A stretch of DNA of 64,000 bases from Patescibacteria group bacterium (GCA_038065475.1 JBBTQY010000005.1:2793-66792); one strand, 5' to 3'; shown: positions 29,136 through 40,698, numbered from the stretch's first letter. Made by a program: numbers and translations. The notes: generated from the letters alone by a model not told the origin.

Positions 29136-29423
29136 TTAGCGAATTTCGAAAGATGAGTATTCGCCACTGTACTCACCCCATGCGGTTTCACACTGATCAA
29201 CCGTTGAGAACTCAGGGCCTCGTGCAACCCATACGGCTAGTTTTTCGAGTGCTGCTCGGTCTCCCTCGGCAATAATATCTACCGAGTCATCGGGGTTATT
29301 TTTCACGAAACCTACAAGATGCAGCTCGTCAGCTTTTTGCTTTGTGTAAAATCGAAACGATACCCCCTGTACGCGGCCGGTTATCTTGATCATGATGCGC
29401 CCTTGCGGTTTCATTGGTTTCAT
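29136..29423 (-). CDS. acyP: Acylphosphatase
   Basis: ITGRVQGVSFR, GFVKNNPDDSV, RGPEFS. Confidence 0.92.
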   Translation of the reverse strand: MKPMKPQGRIMIKITGRVQGVSFRFYTKQKADELHLVGFVKNNPDDSVDIIAEGDRAALEKLAVWVARGPEFSTVDQCETAWGEYSGEYSSFEIR

Positions 29424-29476
29424 TAAAACAAAAATACCTCGCGGGTGCGAGGTATTTTTGTATAGTGGTCGATAGT

Positions 29477-29749
29477 TTACTTGACTGCGTCTTTGAGGCC
29501 TTTGCCTGCGCGAAACTTTGGAACTTGCATTGCAGGTACTTGTACTGCAGCGCCCGTGCGCGGGTTGCGTGCGGTGCGAGCTTGGCGTTTCTTGGTAAGA
29601 AAGGTGCCAAAGCCTGATACCGCGACCTCGTCTCCCTTTGAGAGAGCCTTTGTGATTGAATCGAATACTGTGTCAACCGCTTCTTCAGCACCTTTTTTGG
29701 TGCCGCCGATCTTGTTGAAGACTGCTTCGATCAAGTCGCCTTTGTTCAT
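29477..29749 (-). CDS. hup: DNA-binding protein HU
   Basis: MNKGDLIEAV...GFGTF...RQARTARNPRTG...PKFRAGKGLKDAV. Confidence 0.96.
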   Translation of the reverse strand: MNKGDLIEAVFNKIGGTKKGAEEAVDTVFDSITKALSKGDEVAVSGFGTFLTKKRQARTARNPRTGAAVQVPAMQVPKFRAGKGLKDAVK

Positions 29750-29997
29750 GTGAGAAAAATTATTTGAAAACTGATATGAGGTGCCCCGAACGGTCGGGGC
29801 GCGACCTTTTTCGCTTGCATGAAATGCTAGAGATATAGTATCACAAATCGTTTGTTTGCAACACATTTTACACTTTCATTATGCACAGGGTGGGTGGGCA
29901 CAAAAAAAGCTTTTCACGACTGGTTGGAGGCCACTTTATTTTGAAATAAAGTAAGGATCTTCTCCAAAGGTCGCAAAAAGCTCTTTTCGTCTACTCC

Positions 29998-31527
29998 CTA
30001 GCGGGCGTATTCGATGGACCTGGACTCGCGGATGACGTTTACCTTGATCTCGCCAGGGTATTTGAGTTCTTGCTCAATACGATCAGCGATATTACGGGCG
30101 AGTTTCTTGGCTTCCAAGTCTGTAATCTTCTCAGGGGTGACAAACACGCGGATCTCGCGGCCTGCTTGAATAGCGTAGGATTTCTCAATACCTTCAAAGG
30201 ATCCTGCAATGCGTTCAAGGTCTTCGAGGCGCTTGAGGTAGTTTTCTACTGAGTCACGGCGCGCGCCTGGGCGTGAGGCCGAGATCGCGTCAGCGGTTTG
30301 TACAATGATCGATTCGAGTGTTTCGTACGGGTATTCTTCGTGGTGCGACTGCATGGCTTGCACCACTGAGTGATCAACGCCAAACTTTTGGAGGATACGG
30401 CGGCCAATCTCGACGTGAGTACCCTGTACTTCGTGGTCGACTGCCTTGCCGATATCGTGGAGGAGTGCACCTTTTTTGGCGATAGCGATATCAGCGCCGA
30501 GTTCAGAGGCAAGCATACCCGAGATGTGCGTCATCTCGACTGAGTGCTGGAGCACGTTTTGTCCGTAGCTCGTGCGAAAGCGCAGGCGACCCAAAAGCTG
30601 CATGAGGCGGGGGTCAAGGTCAAAGATGCCGACCTCATAGCAGGCGGCGTCTGCCGCGTCTTTCATGATTTTTTCTACTTGCGATTTTGCTTTATCGACA
30701 GCTTCCTCAATACGGGCAGGTTGAATGCGCCCATCAGTAATCAAGTCTTCGAGCGCCATCTTGGCGATGTGGCGGCGCACGGGATCAAAGCCGGAGATGA
30801 TGATGGTTCCCGGTGTGTCATCGACAATGATTTCAACGCCAGCCGCACGCTCGAGCGTGCGAATGTTGCGGCCTTCGCGACCGATGATCTTTCCCTTGAG
30901 TTCTTCAGAGGGGATTACGACGCTTGTCGTAGTAACCTCTGATGCGGTTGATGTGGCGACGCGTTGGATGATGGCTGCTAAAATATCGCGCGCTTTTTTG
31001 CCAAGGCGGTCTTCGCCTTGGAGCTCAAGCTTGTGGAGGCGGCCCATGATGTCCGACTCGTATTTCTTCTCAACGGCACCAATAAGCTGTTCTTTGGCGT
31101 CTTCTTGCGAGAGTTGTGCTACACGTTCGAGTGCGGCGCGCTGCTCTTCTTCTTTGTTTTTGAGTGCTTCCTGCGCTTGGCGGATGCGCTCTACTTTTTC
31201 GCGCAGACCTGATTTTTCATCTTCAAGGTCTTGCGACTTTTTTTCTAGAGTTTCTTCTTTGCGCAGGGTGCGTTCTTCCCATTTGTGTATTTCAGCTTCG
31301 CGTTCTTTGATTTCTTTCTGGGCTTCTTCGAGGACGGTAGTAGCTTTTGTCTTTGCCTCGAGGATTACTTGTTGACCTTCGGTCTTAGCTTCGAGAAGTT
31401 TTTTCTGAATCTCGAGCTCGATCGAGTTTTTTTGTTGTTGAGCAATGAATTTGCGCAAGACATACCCGATGCCAACGCCCGCCAGAAGCACCAAAGCCGC
31501 AACGCCGAGTTGCGAGGTGAGGTACAT
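29998..31527 (-). CDS. rny: Ribonuclease Y
   Basis: N-terminal TM, coiled coil, KH domain (KGKIIGREGRNIR), HD domain (LLHDIGK), YAIQAGREIRV. Confidence 0.96.
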   Translation of the reverse strand: MYLTSQLGVAALVLLAGVGIGYVLRKFIAQQQKNSIELEIQKKLLEAKTEGQQVILEAKTKATTVLEEAQKEIKEREAEIHKWEERTLRKEETLEKKSQDLEDEKSGLREKVERIRQAQEALKNKEEEQRAALERVAQLSQEDAKEQLIGAVEKKYESDIMGRLHKLELQGEDRLGKKARDILAAIIQRVATSTASEVTTTSVVIPSEELKGKIIGREGRNIRTLERAAGVEIIVDDTPGTIIISGFDPVRRHIAKMALEDLITDGRIQPARIEEAVDKAKSQVEKIMKDAADAACYEVGIFDLDPRLMQLLGRLRFRTSYGQNVLQHSVEMTHISGMLASELGADIAIAKKGALLHDIGKAVDHEVQGTHVEIGRRILQKFGVDHSVVQAMQSHHEEYPYETLESIIVQTADAISASRPGARRDSVENYLKRLEDLERIAGSFEGIEKSYAIQAGREIRVFVTPEKITDLEAKKLARNIADRIEQELKYPGEIKVNVIRESRSIEYAR

Positions 31528-31650
31528 AGAAGTGAATTAATCCTTGGTTCATAAATAACGACAATATAAAGGTAGCTTCACTGTACGATTTTTTGGCGGT
31601 TTCGTCAATAAACTGTGCGCACCAAACACGCCTTGTGATACACTTGAAAT

Positions 31651-33228
31651 ATGAATTTTAAGCCCATTGTTCTTGCTGTACTCGACGGTTTTGGTATCAA
31701 TACGTTGCCAGGCGAATCGCCTTTGCAGATGGCGAAAAAACCGACTTTTGATGATATCCACCAGTTCTATCCATTTACCACATTGCAGGCATCGGGTTTG
31801 GCTGTTGGCTTGCCATGGGGCGAGGAGGGGAACTCGGAGGTAGGTCACCTCACCATCGGTTCGGGGCGTGTGCTGTACCATCATTTACCGCGCATCATCG
31901 TCTCAATTCAAGACGGTACCTTTTTTGAAAATCCTGCGTTTCTTGATGCACTCGCACACGCGCGCTCAAATAAGGGCACGCTGCACATCGTGGGGTTGTG
32001 TTCGTCAGGTTCCGTGCACGCATACATCGATCATCTCTATGCGCTTTTGAATTTTGCTCGTCGTGAAAATGCCGAGAAAGTCGCGGTGCATATTTTTGGC
32101 GATGGGCGCGATGCCGCTGCCCGTGAACTTAAGACTTTTTTGCCGCAGCTCGAAGAACGCATGCGTACCGAGTGCCCTAATGCGTTTATCGCATCTATTT
32201 TGGGGCGACATTTTACGATGGATCGTGAAGAGCGCTGGGAATTAACTGCGCAGGCATATGATTGTTTGATTGGCAAAAAAGGCGCTGCGTTTGAATTTCC
32301 AAAAAAATATATTGATGATCAATATGCGGCAGGCATTACTGATGAATTTTTCACGCCCGCGTGGCGCACCAATGAAAAAGGGGAGCCACAAGGACGCATC
32401 CGTGAGGGTGATGCGGTAATCTTTATGAATTTTCGTGAAGATAGCGAGCGGCAGATGGCGCATGCATTTGTGGATCACGATTTTACCAAGTTTGATCGCG
32501 CGTTTATACAAAATTTATTTTTTGTGACCATGACTGAGTATGAAAAAGGTTTGCCCGCGCACGTGGCGTTTCCACCCCTCAATCTCGAGTGGCCGCTCGC
32601 GCGCGTGATCTCATACGCGGGTCGCAAGCAGTTTCATATCGCCGAGACTGAAAAATATGCGCACGTGACCTATTTTTTTAACGGTGGCAAAGAACAGCCG
32701 TTTCCCGCCGAAGAGCGCAAATTGGTGCAGTCTGCGCGCGTACCGTTTGACCAAAAACCAGAAATGTCCGCGCGCGAGATTACCGACGCTGTACTCGAGA
32801 TCTTGCCCCAATATGATTTTGTGCTGATCAATTTTGCCAATGCTGACATGGTGGGTCACACCGGCAATTTTGATTCGACTGTCAAAGCCATCGAGACGCT
32901 CGATGAATGTTTGGGTAAGCTGAAGGCAAAAATTGATGAGTTGGGTGGTGCGCTGGTCGTCACCGCTGATCATGGCAATGCTGAGGAAAAACGCTACCGA
33001 CTGACCGGCGAGCCGCGCACAAAGCACTCGGCGAATCCCGTACCGTTTTACTTGGTGGCAAATCAATTTCGTAGAAAAGAGGCGCGATCGCAACAAGAAA
33101 TTGATGCCCGTCTCAACCAGATCGAAGGCGTACTCTCAGACGTTGCCCCCACGGTACTCGACCTCATGGGTCTCTCGGTACCCGCCGAGATGACGGGGAT
33201 TAACTTATTGCCAAGGTTACTCGTATGA
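31651..33228 (+). CDS. gpmI: 2,3-bisphosphoglycerate-independent phosphoglycerate mutase
   Basis: LDGFG, GNSEVGH, DGRD, AETEKYAHVT, DMVGHTG, ADHGNAE. Confidence 0.96.
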   Translation: MNFKPIVLAVLDGFGINTLPGESPLQMAKKPTFDDIHQFYPFTTLQASGLAVGLPWGEEGNSEVGHLTIGSGRVLYHHLPRIIVSIQDGTFFENPAFLDALAHARSNKGTLHIVGLCSSGSVHAYIDHLYALLNFARRENAEKVAVHIFGDGRDAAARELKTFLPQLEERMRTECPNAFIASILGRHFTMDREERWELTAQAYDCLIGKKGAAFEFPKKYIDDQYAAGITDEFFTPAWRTNEKGEPQGRIREGDAVIFMNFREDSERQMAHAFVDHDFTKFDRAFIQNLFFVTMTEYEKGLPAHVAFPPLNLEWPLARVISYAGRKQFHIAETEKYAHVTYFFNGGKEQPFPAEERKLVQSARVPFDQKPEMSAREITDAVLEILPQYDFVLINFANADMVGHTGNFDSTVKAIETLDECLGKLKAKIDELGGALVVTADHGNAEEKRYRLTGEPRTKHSANPVPFYLVANQFRRKEARSQQEIDARLNQIEGVLSDVAPTVLDLMGLSVPAEMTGINLLPRLLV

Positions 33229-33944
33229 GATTTTTTAAATCTTTATTCAAGAAGCCGAAAGTTTTATGGCTCGCGGGAGTGTTTATCGTCTTACTTATTT
33301 ATGGAGCGCCTGGGTTCTTGTTGTGCGATAAGTCATTTGAACAAAAACTTTATCTCGCTTTTAACAATATTATTGCGAAGACAGTTTTTTATATTCTTCT
33401 CATCCCGACCCCGCTTATAGTTTTGTGGTGGAGAGAGATGCGAGGTAACATTTCACTATGGAAGAAAATTATTTCCAGTATCGCGGTGCTTGTACTCATG
33501 GGGATTTCGTATTTACTTTTTTATGCGTTGGTACTTTGTCCTTATTGCAACATTGGGGGAGGTGTCGCACATGTAGCAAGTGGTGGCATTGATCGACCCC
33601 GAGTTTCTTTTATGAGTAATATGCGTATTACCATGGAGGTTTATTACGATGAAAACAATAACCGTTATCCAAGTACGCTTGACCAATTAGTACCAAAGTA
33701 TTTAGAAAAATCCCCCAAAGATCATATTACGGGGGAGCCATATGATTACAGGGTCTCCGAGGATGGGCAGCAGTATGTCATCCGTTCATTGCTGGGAGTC
33801 GCAGGATCCGGATGTAAGAGTAAACTTATTTTTGCGCCGATATCTTTATCGGTAAATCAGAGCTCACTCAAGGGTGACGCCGATGGGGAAGTATTGGGTC
33901 TCAATTGCGACGATCCCTATTATTGCCTTTCGGAAAAATGGTAA
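33225..33944 (+). CDS. Membrane protein with GspG/pilin-like C-terminal domain
   Basis: Three TM segments, then YYDENNNRYPSTLDQLVPKYL...PKD...YDY. Confidence 0.65.
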   Translation: MRFFKSLFKKPKVLWLAGVFIVLLIYGAPGFLLCDKSFEQKLYLAFNNIIAKTVFYILLIPTPLIVLWWREMRGNISLWKKIISSIAVLVLMGISYLLFYALVLCPYCNIGGGVAHVASGGIDRPRVSFMSNMRITMEVYYDENNNRYPSTLDQLVPKYLEKSPKDHITGEPYDYRVSEDGQQYVIRSLLGVAGSGCKSKLIFAPISLSVNQSSLKGDADGEVLGLNCDDPYYCLSEKW

Positions 33945-33948
33945 AACA

Positions 33949-33972
33949 AAAAAGCCCCGTGCGGGGCTTTTT
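33949..33972. terminator. Bidirectional terminator
   Basis: AAAAAGCCCCG-TG-CGGGGCTTTTT. Confidence 0.8.
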
Positions 33973-34005
33973 CGTTTTACAAGAAAATAAAAAATCGCTT
34001 GGTAG

Positions 34006-34311
34006 CTAGTGGACTGGGTGTCTGTCGCCGCCAAGCGGAAGCAATTGATAGTCTTGCAGCGCATGCTCTCCCGAGTCGAGCTTGCTCTGTATCTCTTGGA
34101 CGAAGAGCATTGCCTCCTCGTCGTCCGAGAAGTGCTCGGGTAGAGGGGCTCTCTGTCGGCACGAGGAGCACTCGTGTTCGGATGTCGGCGAGAGCACGAG
34201 GAATGTTCCCTTGTCGGTTGTGATGTGAATAATGTAGATGTCTTTCAAGAGCGTTGCATCGCAGGAGCAAGTGAGTTCATCTGTGTGGGATATTTTCGCG
34301 CGCATCGTCAC
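34006..34311 (-). CDS. Hypothetical protein with CxC...CxxC
   Basis: GGAGG SD 8 nt before GTG 34311; TTGACA promoter immediately after the clpP stop. Confidence 0.55.
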   Translation of the reverse strand: MTMRAKISHTDELTCSCDATLLKDIYIIHITTDKGTFLVLSPTSEHECSSCRQRAPLPEHFSDDEEAMLFVQEIQSKLDSGEHALQDYQLLPLGGDRHPVH

Positions 34312-34382
34312 GGTTTTGTCCTCCAATACAAAAAGAATCCGTTGCCATATTAGCAACAGGTCCTTTCGGTTGTCAAGCATAC

Positions 34383-34961
34383 TTATTTTTTCTTGACTAC
34401 TTCGTCGATGATGCCATATTTTTTTGCTTCATCAGGATCCATGTAAAAGTCGCGGTCGGCATCTTTTTCAATCTTGTCGAGTGATTGGCCGGTATGTTTT
34501 GCCAGGATTTTGTTGAGACGATCTTTGACTTTGAGAATATGACGCGCATTGATCTCAATATCAGATGCCTGACCTTCCGTCCCACCCAATACTTGGTGGA
34601 TCATGATATCAGCATTGGGAAGTGCGTAGCGTTTGCCTTTTTGTCCTCCGGCAAGGAGTATCGCACCAGCAGACGCTGCCATGCCCACACAAATGGTAGC
34701 CACATCAGGCTTGATGTGCTGCATGGTGTCATAGATAGCGAGCGCTGAGGTGACGGACCCACCCGGTGAGTTTATATAAAATGAAATATCTTCTTTGGGG
34801 TTTTGTAGTTCCAAGAACAAGAGCTGCGCGATAATCGCGTTTGCTACTTGGTCATTGATTGGGCTGCCCAAGAAAATAATGCGGTCTTTTAAGAGACGCG
34901 AGTAAATATCGTAGGCGCGTTCGCCGTAGCTTGTTTTTTCGATGACGGTTGGTATAAGCAT
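34383..34961 (-). CDS. clpP: ATP-dependent Clp protease proteolytic subunit
   Basis: [37 protein letters not shown]. Confidence 0.97.
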   Translation of the reverse strand: MLIPTVIEKTSYGERAYDIYSRLLKDRIIFLGSPINDQVANAIIAQLLFLELQNPKEDISFYINSPGGSVTSALAIYDTMQHIKPDVATICVGMAASAGAILLAGGQKGKRYALPNADIMIHQVLGGTEGQASDIEINARHILKVKDRLNKILAKHTGQSLDKIEKDADRDFYMDPDEAKKYGIIDEVVKKK

Positions 34962-34962
34962 A

Positions 34963-35976
34963 TTATTGAATCTCCAAGAGTTCTATTACTTTTTCATTTC
35001 GTAAGACGCCTTTAGCGTACTCCTCCACTCGACCGCGGTCAATCTGAGCTCGGTCCTTTTCTTCGTAGGGTCTGAGCATTACCTCGACTCGCCTGGCGAC
35101 TTCGTCTGCGGTTGCTTCGGTCGCCTCAGTGCGTGCAATCTCACGGAGTGTGAGTGATACGCGTACACGACGCGCCGCATCTTCTTTAAATCCAGTGCGG
35201 ATTTCGGCTTCAGGCTTTTTGAGGTGAGCGAGATATTCGTCCCACACGAGGCCCATCTCCTCAATACTATGACGCAGCTCATCGAGCATTTTGGTCTGCT
35301 CAGCATCAATCATGATGTCGGGAATTTCAACGGTGGCAGCCTTAGCTACTTCTTCGATGAGAAGCATGCGGTGCGCATCACGTGCTTTGCCATTTTTTTC
35401 TTCCAAAATACCTTGCTTGATATTATCTTGTAATGCTGCGAGCGTCGCAAAGTTTCCAAGAGATTGCGCATAGGCATCATCGAGCGGGGGAGGTGTCTGC
35501 CCTTCGGGCGTACGAACGCGTTGAATGTAGTTAAGCGTATCGGTTATTTCTTTTTCTGTTACCTCGAGTGTGAGCGTTTCTTTTTTGCTATTTATCTCGT
35601 GTGCTATTTTGCGGAAGTCAGGCAAGGTAATATCAGGCATGACTGCTACGCGCGCCGTCCACTCAAGAGGATTGCCACGCGCAAGCTTGGTGATATGAAA
35701 TTCGGCGGGGCCAATAGCTTCAATCTTTTGTTCTTCCAAAACTTTCGGCCATTCGTTTTGCAGTGCGGCCTCTGCCGACTCCTGCAAGATTTTTTCCTCA
35801 CCAATTTTGTCGACAACCATTTTTTCAGGCGCTTTGCCTTTGCGGAAGCCATCAAGCTCTGCATCGGCTACAACCCTGGTGGTTGTCTTCAATATGTACG
35901 AGTCAAAGACATGGGTATCAATAACACCCTTTACCTCAACGCGTGAACCTTCGATTTTTGTAACCGTTGTGCTCAT
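34963..35976 (-). CDS. tig: Trigger factor lacking the FKBP domain
   Basis: [10 protein letters not shown] ribosome-binding motif and SurA-like C-domain; directly upstream of clpP; only 337 aa. Confidence 0.9.
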   Translation of the reverse strand: MSTTVTKIEGSRVEVKGVIDTHVFDSYILKTTTRVVADAELDGFRKGKAPEKMVVDKIGEEKILQESAEAALQNEWPKVLEEQKIEAIGPAEFHITKLARGNPLEWTARVAVMPDITLPDFRKIAHEINSKKETLTLEVTEKEITDTLNYIQRVRTPEGQTPPPLDDAYAQSLGNFATLAALQDNIKQGILEEKNGKARDAHRMLLIEEVAKAATVEIPDIMIDAEQTKMLDELRHSIEEMGLVWDEYLAHLKKPEAEIRTGFKEDAARRVRVSLTLREIARTEATEATADEVARRVEVMLRPYEEKDRAQIDRGRVEEYAKGVLRNEKVIELLEIQ

Positions 35977-37950
35977 TTAGCTCAAAAACGGGATGATAAG
36001 GAGCGCTACGATGTTGACCACTTTGATCATGGGGTTGATGGCAGGGCCGGCAGTGTCTTTGTATGGGTCGCCAACTGTGTCGCCAGTGACTGCTGCCTGG
36101 TGGGCAAATGATTTTTTGCCGCCATGGTGACCGTCTTCGATATATTTCTTGGCGTTGTCCCATGCAGCACCACCCGCGGTCATGGAAAGACCCACGAAGA
36201 GTCCTGTAGTAATAACGCCGATGAGAAGACCGCCCAATGCTTCAGCACCAAGCGCAAAAGCGACGATAAGGGTGACTAAGATTGGTAAGAGCGCAGGCAC
36301 TACCATCTCGCGAAGTGCTGCCTGGGTCACAATATCTACGGTGCGAGCATAGTCGGGTTTTGCGGTACCTTCAGCCAAACCTTTGATAGTGGTCCACTGT
36401 CGGCGCACTTCGTGTACCACGGCACCCGCAGCATTGCCTACCGCACGCATAGCGATTGAAGCAAAGATATAGGGGAGAGCAGCACCGATGAAGAGACCCG
36501 CGAGTACTACGGGATCAGCCATGTTGAGAAATACCGCTTTGCCGAGGCGTGAGGCTTCATCGAGATATGCCGAGAAGAGTACGAGAGCTGCAAGACCTGC
36601 CGATGCGATGGCATAGCCTTTGGTAACTGCTTTAGTGGTGTTGCCTACTGCATCGAGAGGATCAGTGTTTGCGCGCACTGATGATGGAAGGTTTGCCATC
36701 TCAGCAATACCTCCTGCGTTGTCAGTGATAGGACCAAATGCGTCGATTGTGACGATGATGCCGGCGAGTGAAACCATGCTAAATGCAGCAATAGCTACGC
36801 CATAAAGGTCTGCGAGCGCATAGGCGCCAAGCATGCCAGCAACGATAATAATAATTGGCACAAAGGTTGCCTCAAGCCCAACAGAGAGACCAATGATGAC
36901 ATTGGTACCATGACCTGATTCTGACGCTTTGGCGATTGATTTTACCGGACGGAATTTTTTTGAAGTATAGTATTCAGTCGCGACTACCATGGCGAGTGCG
37001 ACGGCGATGCCGATAGCAGCGGAAAGAAAGATTTCCATAGCGTCACGCACGAAGAACATGCGAGTGACGGGGATGAAAAATACCGCGGTAAGAATTGATG
37101 TCGCAACAAGTGATTTATAGAGGCCCTGCATGATGGTTGCCTCGCCTTTGATCTTGGCGAAGAAAAAGCCAATGATCGATGCGATGAGTGCCGCACCACC
37201 CAAGACGAGCGGATAGAGCTGCAAAGATGTTTCGTTTGATGCGAGAAGCAAGACGGCTACAAGAGTTACCGCATAGGTCTCAAAAAGGTCAGCTGCCATA
37301 CCAGCATCATCGCCCACGTTGTCGCCAACATTGTCAGCGATAACCGCAGGGTTTCTCGGATCATCCTCAGGAATACCAAGCTCGATTTTACCTACAAGAT
37401 CAGCACCTACGTCAGCACCCTTGGTATAGATACCACCACCAAGGCGCGCAAATACTGAGATAAGTGAGCCACCAAAACCAAGACCGATGAGACCATCAGC
37501 AAGATTTACTGATCCTGCGTATGCGGCATAGAAAAGCGTTACTGCTAAGAGTGCGAGGCCCGCTACCAAAAATCCGGTAACCGCACCTCCTTTAAAGGCT
37601 ACGTTGAATGCCGGTTTGATGCCATCGCGTGCGGCCTCCGCCGTGCGAACATTTGCCATGACGGCGGTTTGCATACCGATAAATCCAGCAAACGCGGAGA
37701 AAACCGCGCCGATCAAGAATCCAAGCGCTGCGTGCACTGAGTAAACAGCTGCAAGCACTACAAAGAGTATCGCCGCTACAATGCCAACGGTGCGGTACTG
37801 GCGCTTGAGGTATGCGTACGAACCTTCGCGGATAGCAGTTGCGATCTCGCGCATGCGCTCATTGCCTTCAGGAAGTTTGGCGATCTGCATGCGAAGCAAA
37901 AATGCAAAGGCGATCGAGATAAGACTAGTGATAATTGCGAATGTAATCAT
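35977..37950 (-). CDS. hppA: Membrane-bound ion-translocating pyrophosphatase (K+-independent type)
   Basis: [58 protein letters not shown]. Confidence 0.93.
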   Translation of the reverse strand: MITFAIITSLISIAFAFLLRMQIAKLPEGNERMREIATAIREGSYAYLKRQYRTVGIVAAILFVVLAAVYSVHAALGFLIGAVFSAFAGFIGMQTAVMANVRTAEAARDGIKPAFNVAFKGGAVTGFLVAGLALLAVTLFYAAYAGSVNLADGLIGLGFGGSLISVFARLGGGIYTKGADVGADLVGKIELGIPEDDPRNPAVIADNVGDNVGDDAGMAADLFETYAVTLVAVLLLASNETSLQLYPLVLGGAALIASIIGFFFAKIKGEATIMQGLYKSLVATSILTAVFFIPVTRMFFVRDAMEIFLSAAIGIAVALAMVVATEYYTSKKFRPVKSIAKASESGHGTNVIIGLSVGLEATFVPIIIIVAGMLGAYALADLYGVAIAAFSMVSLAGIIVTIDAFGPITDNAGGIAEMANLPSSVRANTDPLDAVGNTTKAVTKGYAIASAGLAALVLFSAYLDEASRLGKAVFLNMADPVVLAGLFIGAALPYIFASIAMRAVGNAAGAVVHEVRRQWTTIKGLAEGTAKPDYARTVDIVTQAALREMVVPALLPILVTLIVAFALGAEALGGLLIGVITTGLFVGLSMTAGGAAWDNAKKYIEDGHHGGKKSFAHQAAVTGDTVGDPYKDTAGPAINPMIKVVNIVALLIIPFLS

Positions 37951-37982
37951 AGTTGTGTGATCAGTATACTAATAATGAATTT

Positions 37983-39191
37983 TTATGATTCTTCTTCGGT
38001 TGAAGTATCCTCAGAAGTTTCTTTGGTATTTTCAGATTCCTCGTCAGTATCGTGAGCTTCACGCCCTTCTCGGGTTGCAATATCAATCTTCCAGCTGGTA
38101 AGTTTTGCTGCCAAGCGCACGTTTTGCCCGTTGCGGCCGATGGCGAGTGAGAGTTGTGAATCGTCAACGAGTACGGTTGCGGTATGAGTTTCTTCGTCGA
38201 TAGTGACATCAAGAGCTTTAGCGGGGGAGAGTGCATTGGCGATAAACTTGGTAGGATCTTCAGACCATTCAATAATATCGATTTTTTCGCCGCCGAGCTC
38301 GGCAATAACGGTACCGACACGTACACCTTTTTGGCCGACGAGTGAACCTACAGGGTCGATGCCCGCATCATGCGAGATAACGGCAATCTTTGAGCGAGAG
38401 CCGGCCTCTCTAGCGAGACCCTTGATCTCAACGATACCTTGGCCAATTTCTGGTACTTCTATCTCGAAGAGTTTGCTAACAAAGCGTGGGTGAGAACGCG
38501 AGAGATACATAAGCGGCACGCGTGCTTGACGCTCACTCATGAGCAAAAGCCCTTTAATGCGCTCGCCGATGCGATAGCGTTCGTGTTGCACTTGCTCTTC
38601 GGCGGGAAGGAGTGCCGTTGTGCGGCCCAGATCGAGGTAGACATTGCGTCCCTCGATACGTTGGACGATACCGCTGACAACTTCGCCCTGTTTTTCTTTA
38701 AATTCTTCATAAATAGCTTCGCGCTCAGCCTCACGGATGCGCTGGATGATAACCTGTTTTGCGGTTTGGGCGGCGATACGACCATAATCAGCATGTAGCT
38801 CAAGAGGGAAGACGAGCTCTTCACCTGGCTGGGCGTCTTTTTTGATTTTTTGCGCTTCGTCTACCATTATATGGCGCTCAGGGTTGAAGCGGACGCGTTT
38901 TTGCTCACCTTCCACCTCTTCTTCTCGTTCGGGGCGCAGAGAAGCTTCTTCAGCGGCTACTTCTTCTTCTGATTTGAGCATTGATTCATCGACAACGATT
39001 TTGACCTGCGAGAATGAGATTCCACCTGAATCGAGATCAAAAGTGGCGCGTACAATTTGCCCGCGCTTACCATAGTCACGTTTGTAGGCGGCGGCGAGAG
39101 CCATCTCAATAGTTTCGATGACCTTGTCTTTTGATATTCCCTTTTCTTCGGCGAGCTCTTCGAGCGTCGCTTTGATGATCTTCAGATCCAT
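37983..39191 (-). CDS. nusA: Transcription termination/antitermination factor NusA
   Basis: YGRIAAQTAKQVIIQRIREAER, S1 and KH domains (AREAGSRSKIAV, LAIGRNGQNVRLA). Confidence 0.96.
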   Translation of the reverse strand: MDLKIIKATLEELAEEKGISKDKVIETIEMALAAAYKRDYGKRGQIVRATFDLDSGGISFSQVKIVVDESMLKSEEEVAAEEASLRPEREEEVEGEQKRVRFNPERHIMVDEAQKIKKDAQPGEELVFPLELHADYGRIAAQTAKQVIIQRIREAEREAIYEEFKEKQGEVVSGIVQRIEGRNVYLDLGRTTALLPAEEQVQHERYRIGERIKGLLLMSERQARVPLMYLSRSHPRFVSKLFEIEVPEIGQGIVEIKGLAREAGSRSKIAVISHDAGIDPVGSLVGQKGVRVGTVIAELGGEKIDIIEWSEDPTKFIANALSPAKALDVTIDEETHTATVLVDDSQLSLAIGRNGQNVRLAAKLTSWKIDIATREGREAHDTDEESENTKETSEDTSTEEES

Positions 39192-39344
39192 AGATATTTA
39201 GTTGTTTTTGGATAAAAAATGGCCCGTTTCAGACGGACCACCATAACAATCACATTGACTCTTCTATTATAGCAGTTTTCTTTTCACAGTCAAGCACCCT
39301 CCACGCGCCCGCCCGCAGGGTGTATACTAAAAGCACCAGTTCTT

Positions 39345-40298
39345 ATGAATACTTTTCACGTCATCTCACAATGTCGCAAATATAACGTTTCGTTGTGGAC
39401 TTGCCCGCCTTTTCTCTTTATTGTCATGGGGTTCGTCAATATCGCAGGTATGTTCACAACGGCTATTGCCGCTCAGCGCTTTTCTGATGATCCTGCGATA
39501 GTTATTATCTCGGTTTCGATGATGGCAGCCTTTCTCTTTGTCGTTGGCAATGCGGTAGTTTCGTCATTTCAACGCTTGGCAGATGCCTCTCGCATCAAGT
39601 CAGAGTTCGTCAACATCGTCTCTCACCAATTGCGCTCGCCACTCTCAGCTATCAAGTGGCAGCTCGAACTTATGCTCGACCAGATGAAGTCGGTGACAGG
39701 AGACGTGGCGGTTACTATGGGTACGATTAGCCGGCAAAATGAGCGCATGATCGCGCTCGTCAATGATTTGCTCGAGGTTAATCGCATTGAAGATGATCGT
39801 GTCATCTTGCGTCCGACAAAAATAGCTATCGATAGTTTTGTCGAACAGATTGCCAATGGTTATAAGCCGCTTGCAGAGCAGACAAACGAAAAACTGACGT
39901 TTGTGAGCGAGGCCAGGCCCCTCATAGTATTTGCCGATGAGACAAAGTTGCGCTGGGTAACCGAAAATCTTATCGATAATGCTATACGCTATACAAAGGC
40001 GGGTGGAGATGTGACGGTGAAAGTATTGCGCGCCAAAAATATGGCACGTGTTGAAGTGACCGATTCGGGTATCGGTATCCCGGTAGGCGATCAAGCTATG
40101 ATCTTCCAGAAATTTTTCCGATCAGAAAATGCCGTACGAGCGCGCGCAGAAGGTACAGGTCTCGGGCTCTACCTTGTGCGTTCGCTGGTAGGTGCTATGG
40201 GCGGCAAAGCAGGTTTTGCCTCTATGGAAGGTAAAGGGTCGACATTCTGGTATACGCTCCCGCTCGTCGAGAACAGCGAGCCACCCCAGAAAAAATAA
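39345..40298 (+). CDS. Sensor histidine kinase
   Basis: Two TM segments, H-box SHQLRSPL, NLIDNAIRY, DSGIGI, GTGLGL. Confidence 0.93.
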   Translation: MNTFHVISQCRKYNVSLWTCPPFLFIVMGFVNIAGMFTTAIAAQRFSDDPAIVIISVSMMAAFLFVVGNAVVSSFQRLADASRIKSEFVNIVSHQLRSPLSAIKWQLELMLDQMKSVTGDVAVTMGTISRQNERMIALVNDLLEVNRIEDDRVILRPTKIAIDSFVEQIANGYKPLAEQTNEKLTFVSEARPLIVFADETKLRWVTENLIDNAIRYTKAGGDVTVKVLRAKNMARVEVTDSGIGIPVGDQAMIFQKFFRSENAVRARAEGTGLGLYLVRSLVGAMGGKAGFASMEGKGSTFWYTLPLVENSEPPQKK

Positions 40299-40319
40299 TT
40301 ATAAGGTTATATATTTTGT

Positions 40320-40685
40320 ATGAAAAAACTTCTCATTGTTGAAGACGAAGCAGCACTCCAAGACGCTCTTCAAAAAGTATTTACCACAGAAGGCTACGAG
40401 GTATCGCAGGCGTTCGACGGCGAAGAAGGCATTAAACTCGCAAAAGAAAAGAAGCCAGATATGATTTTACTCGATCTCATTTTGCCAAAAAAACACGGCT
40501 TTGAGGTACTCCAGGAAATCAAAGCTGATGCATCGCTCAAAGATGTCCCGGTATTGGTACTCACCAATCTTGAAGAAAGCACTGAGGTGATGAAAGCAAT
40601 CGAGCTTGGCGCACGCGGATATTTGGTCAAAGCAAACTACGCACTCAAGGAAGTTCTTGCAAAGGTAAAAGACATTCTCGGATAA
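40320..40685 (+). CDS. Single-domain response regulator
   Basis: IVEDE, LLDLILP, LTN, YLVK; no output domain. Confidence 0.93.
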   Translation: MKKLLIVEDEAALQDALQKVFTTEGYEVSQAFDGEEGIKLAKEKKPDMILLDLILPKKHGFEVLQEIKADASLKDVPVLVLTNLEESTEVMKAIELGARGYLVKANYALKEVLAKVKDILG

Positions 40686-40698
40686 GGATTATTCCAGG

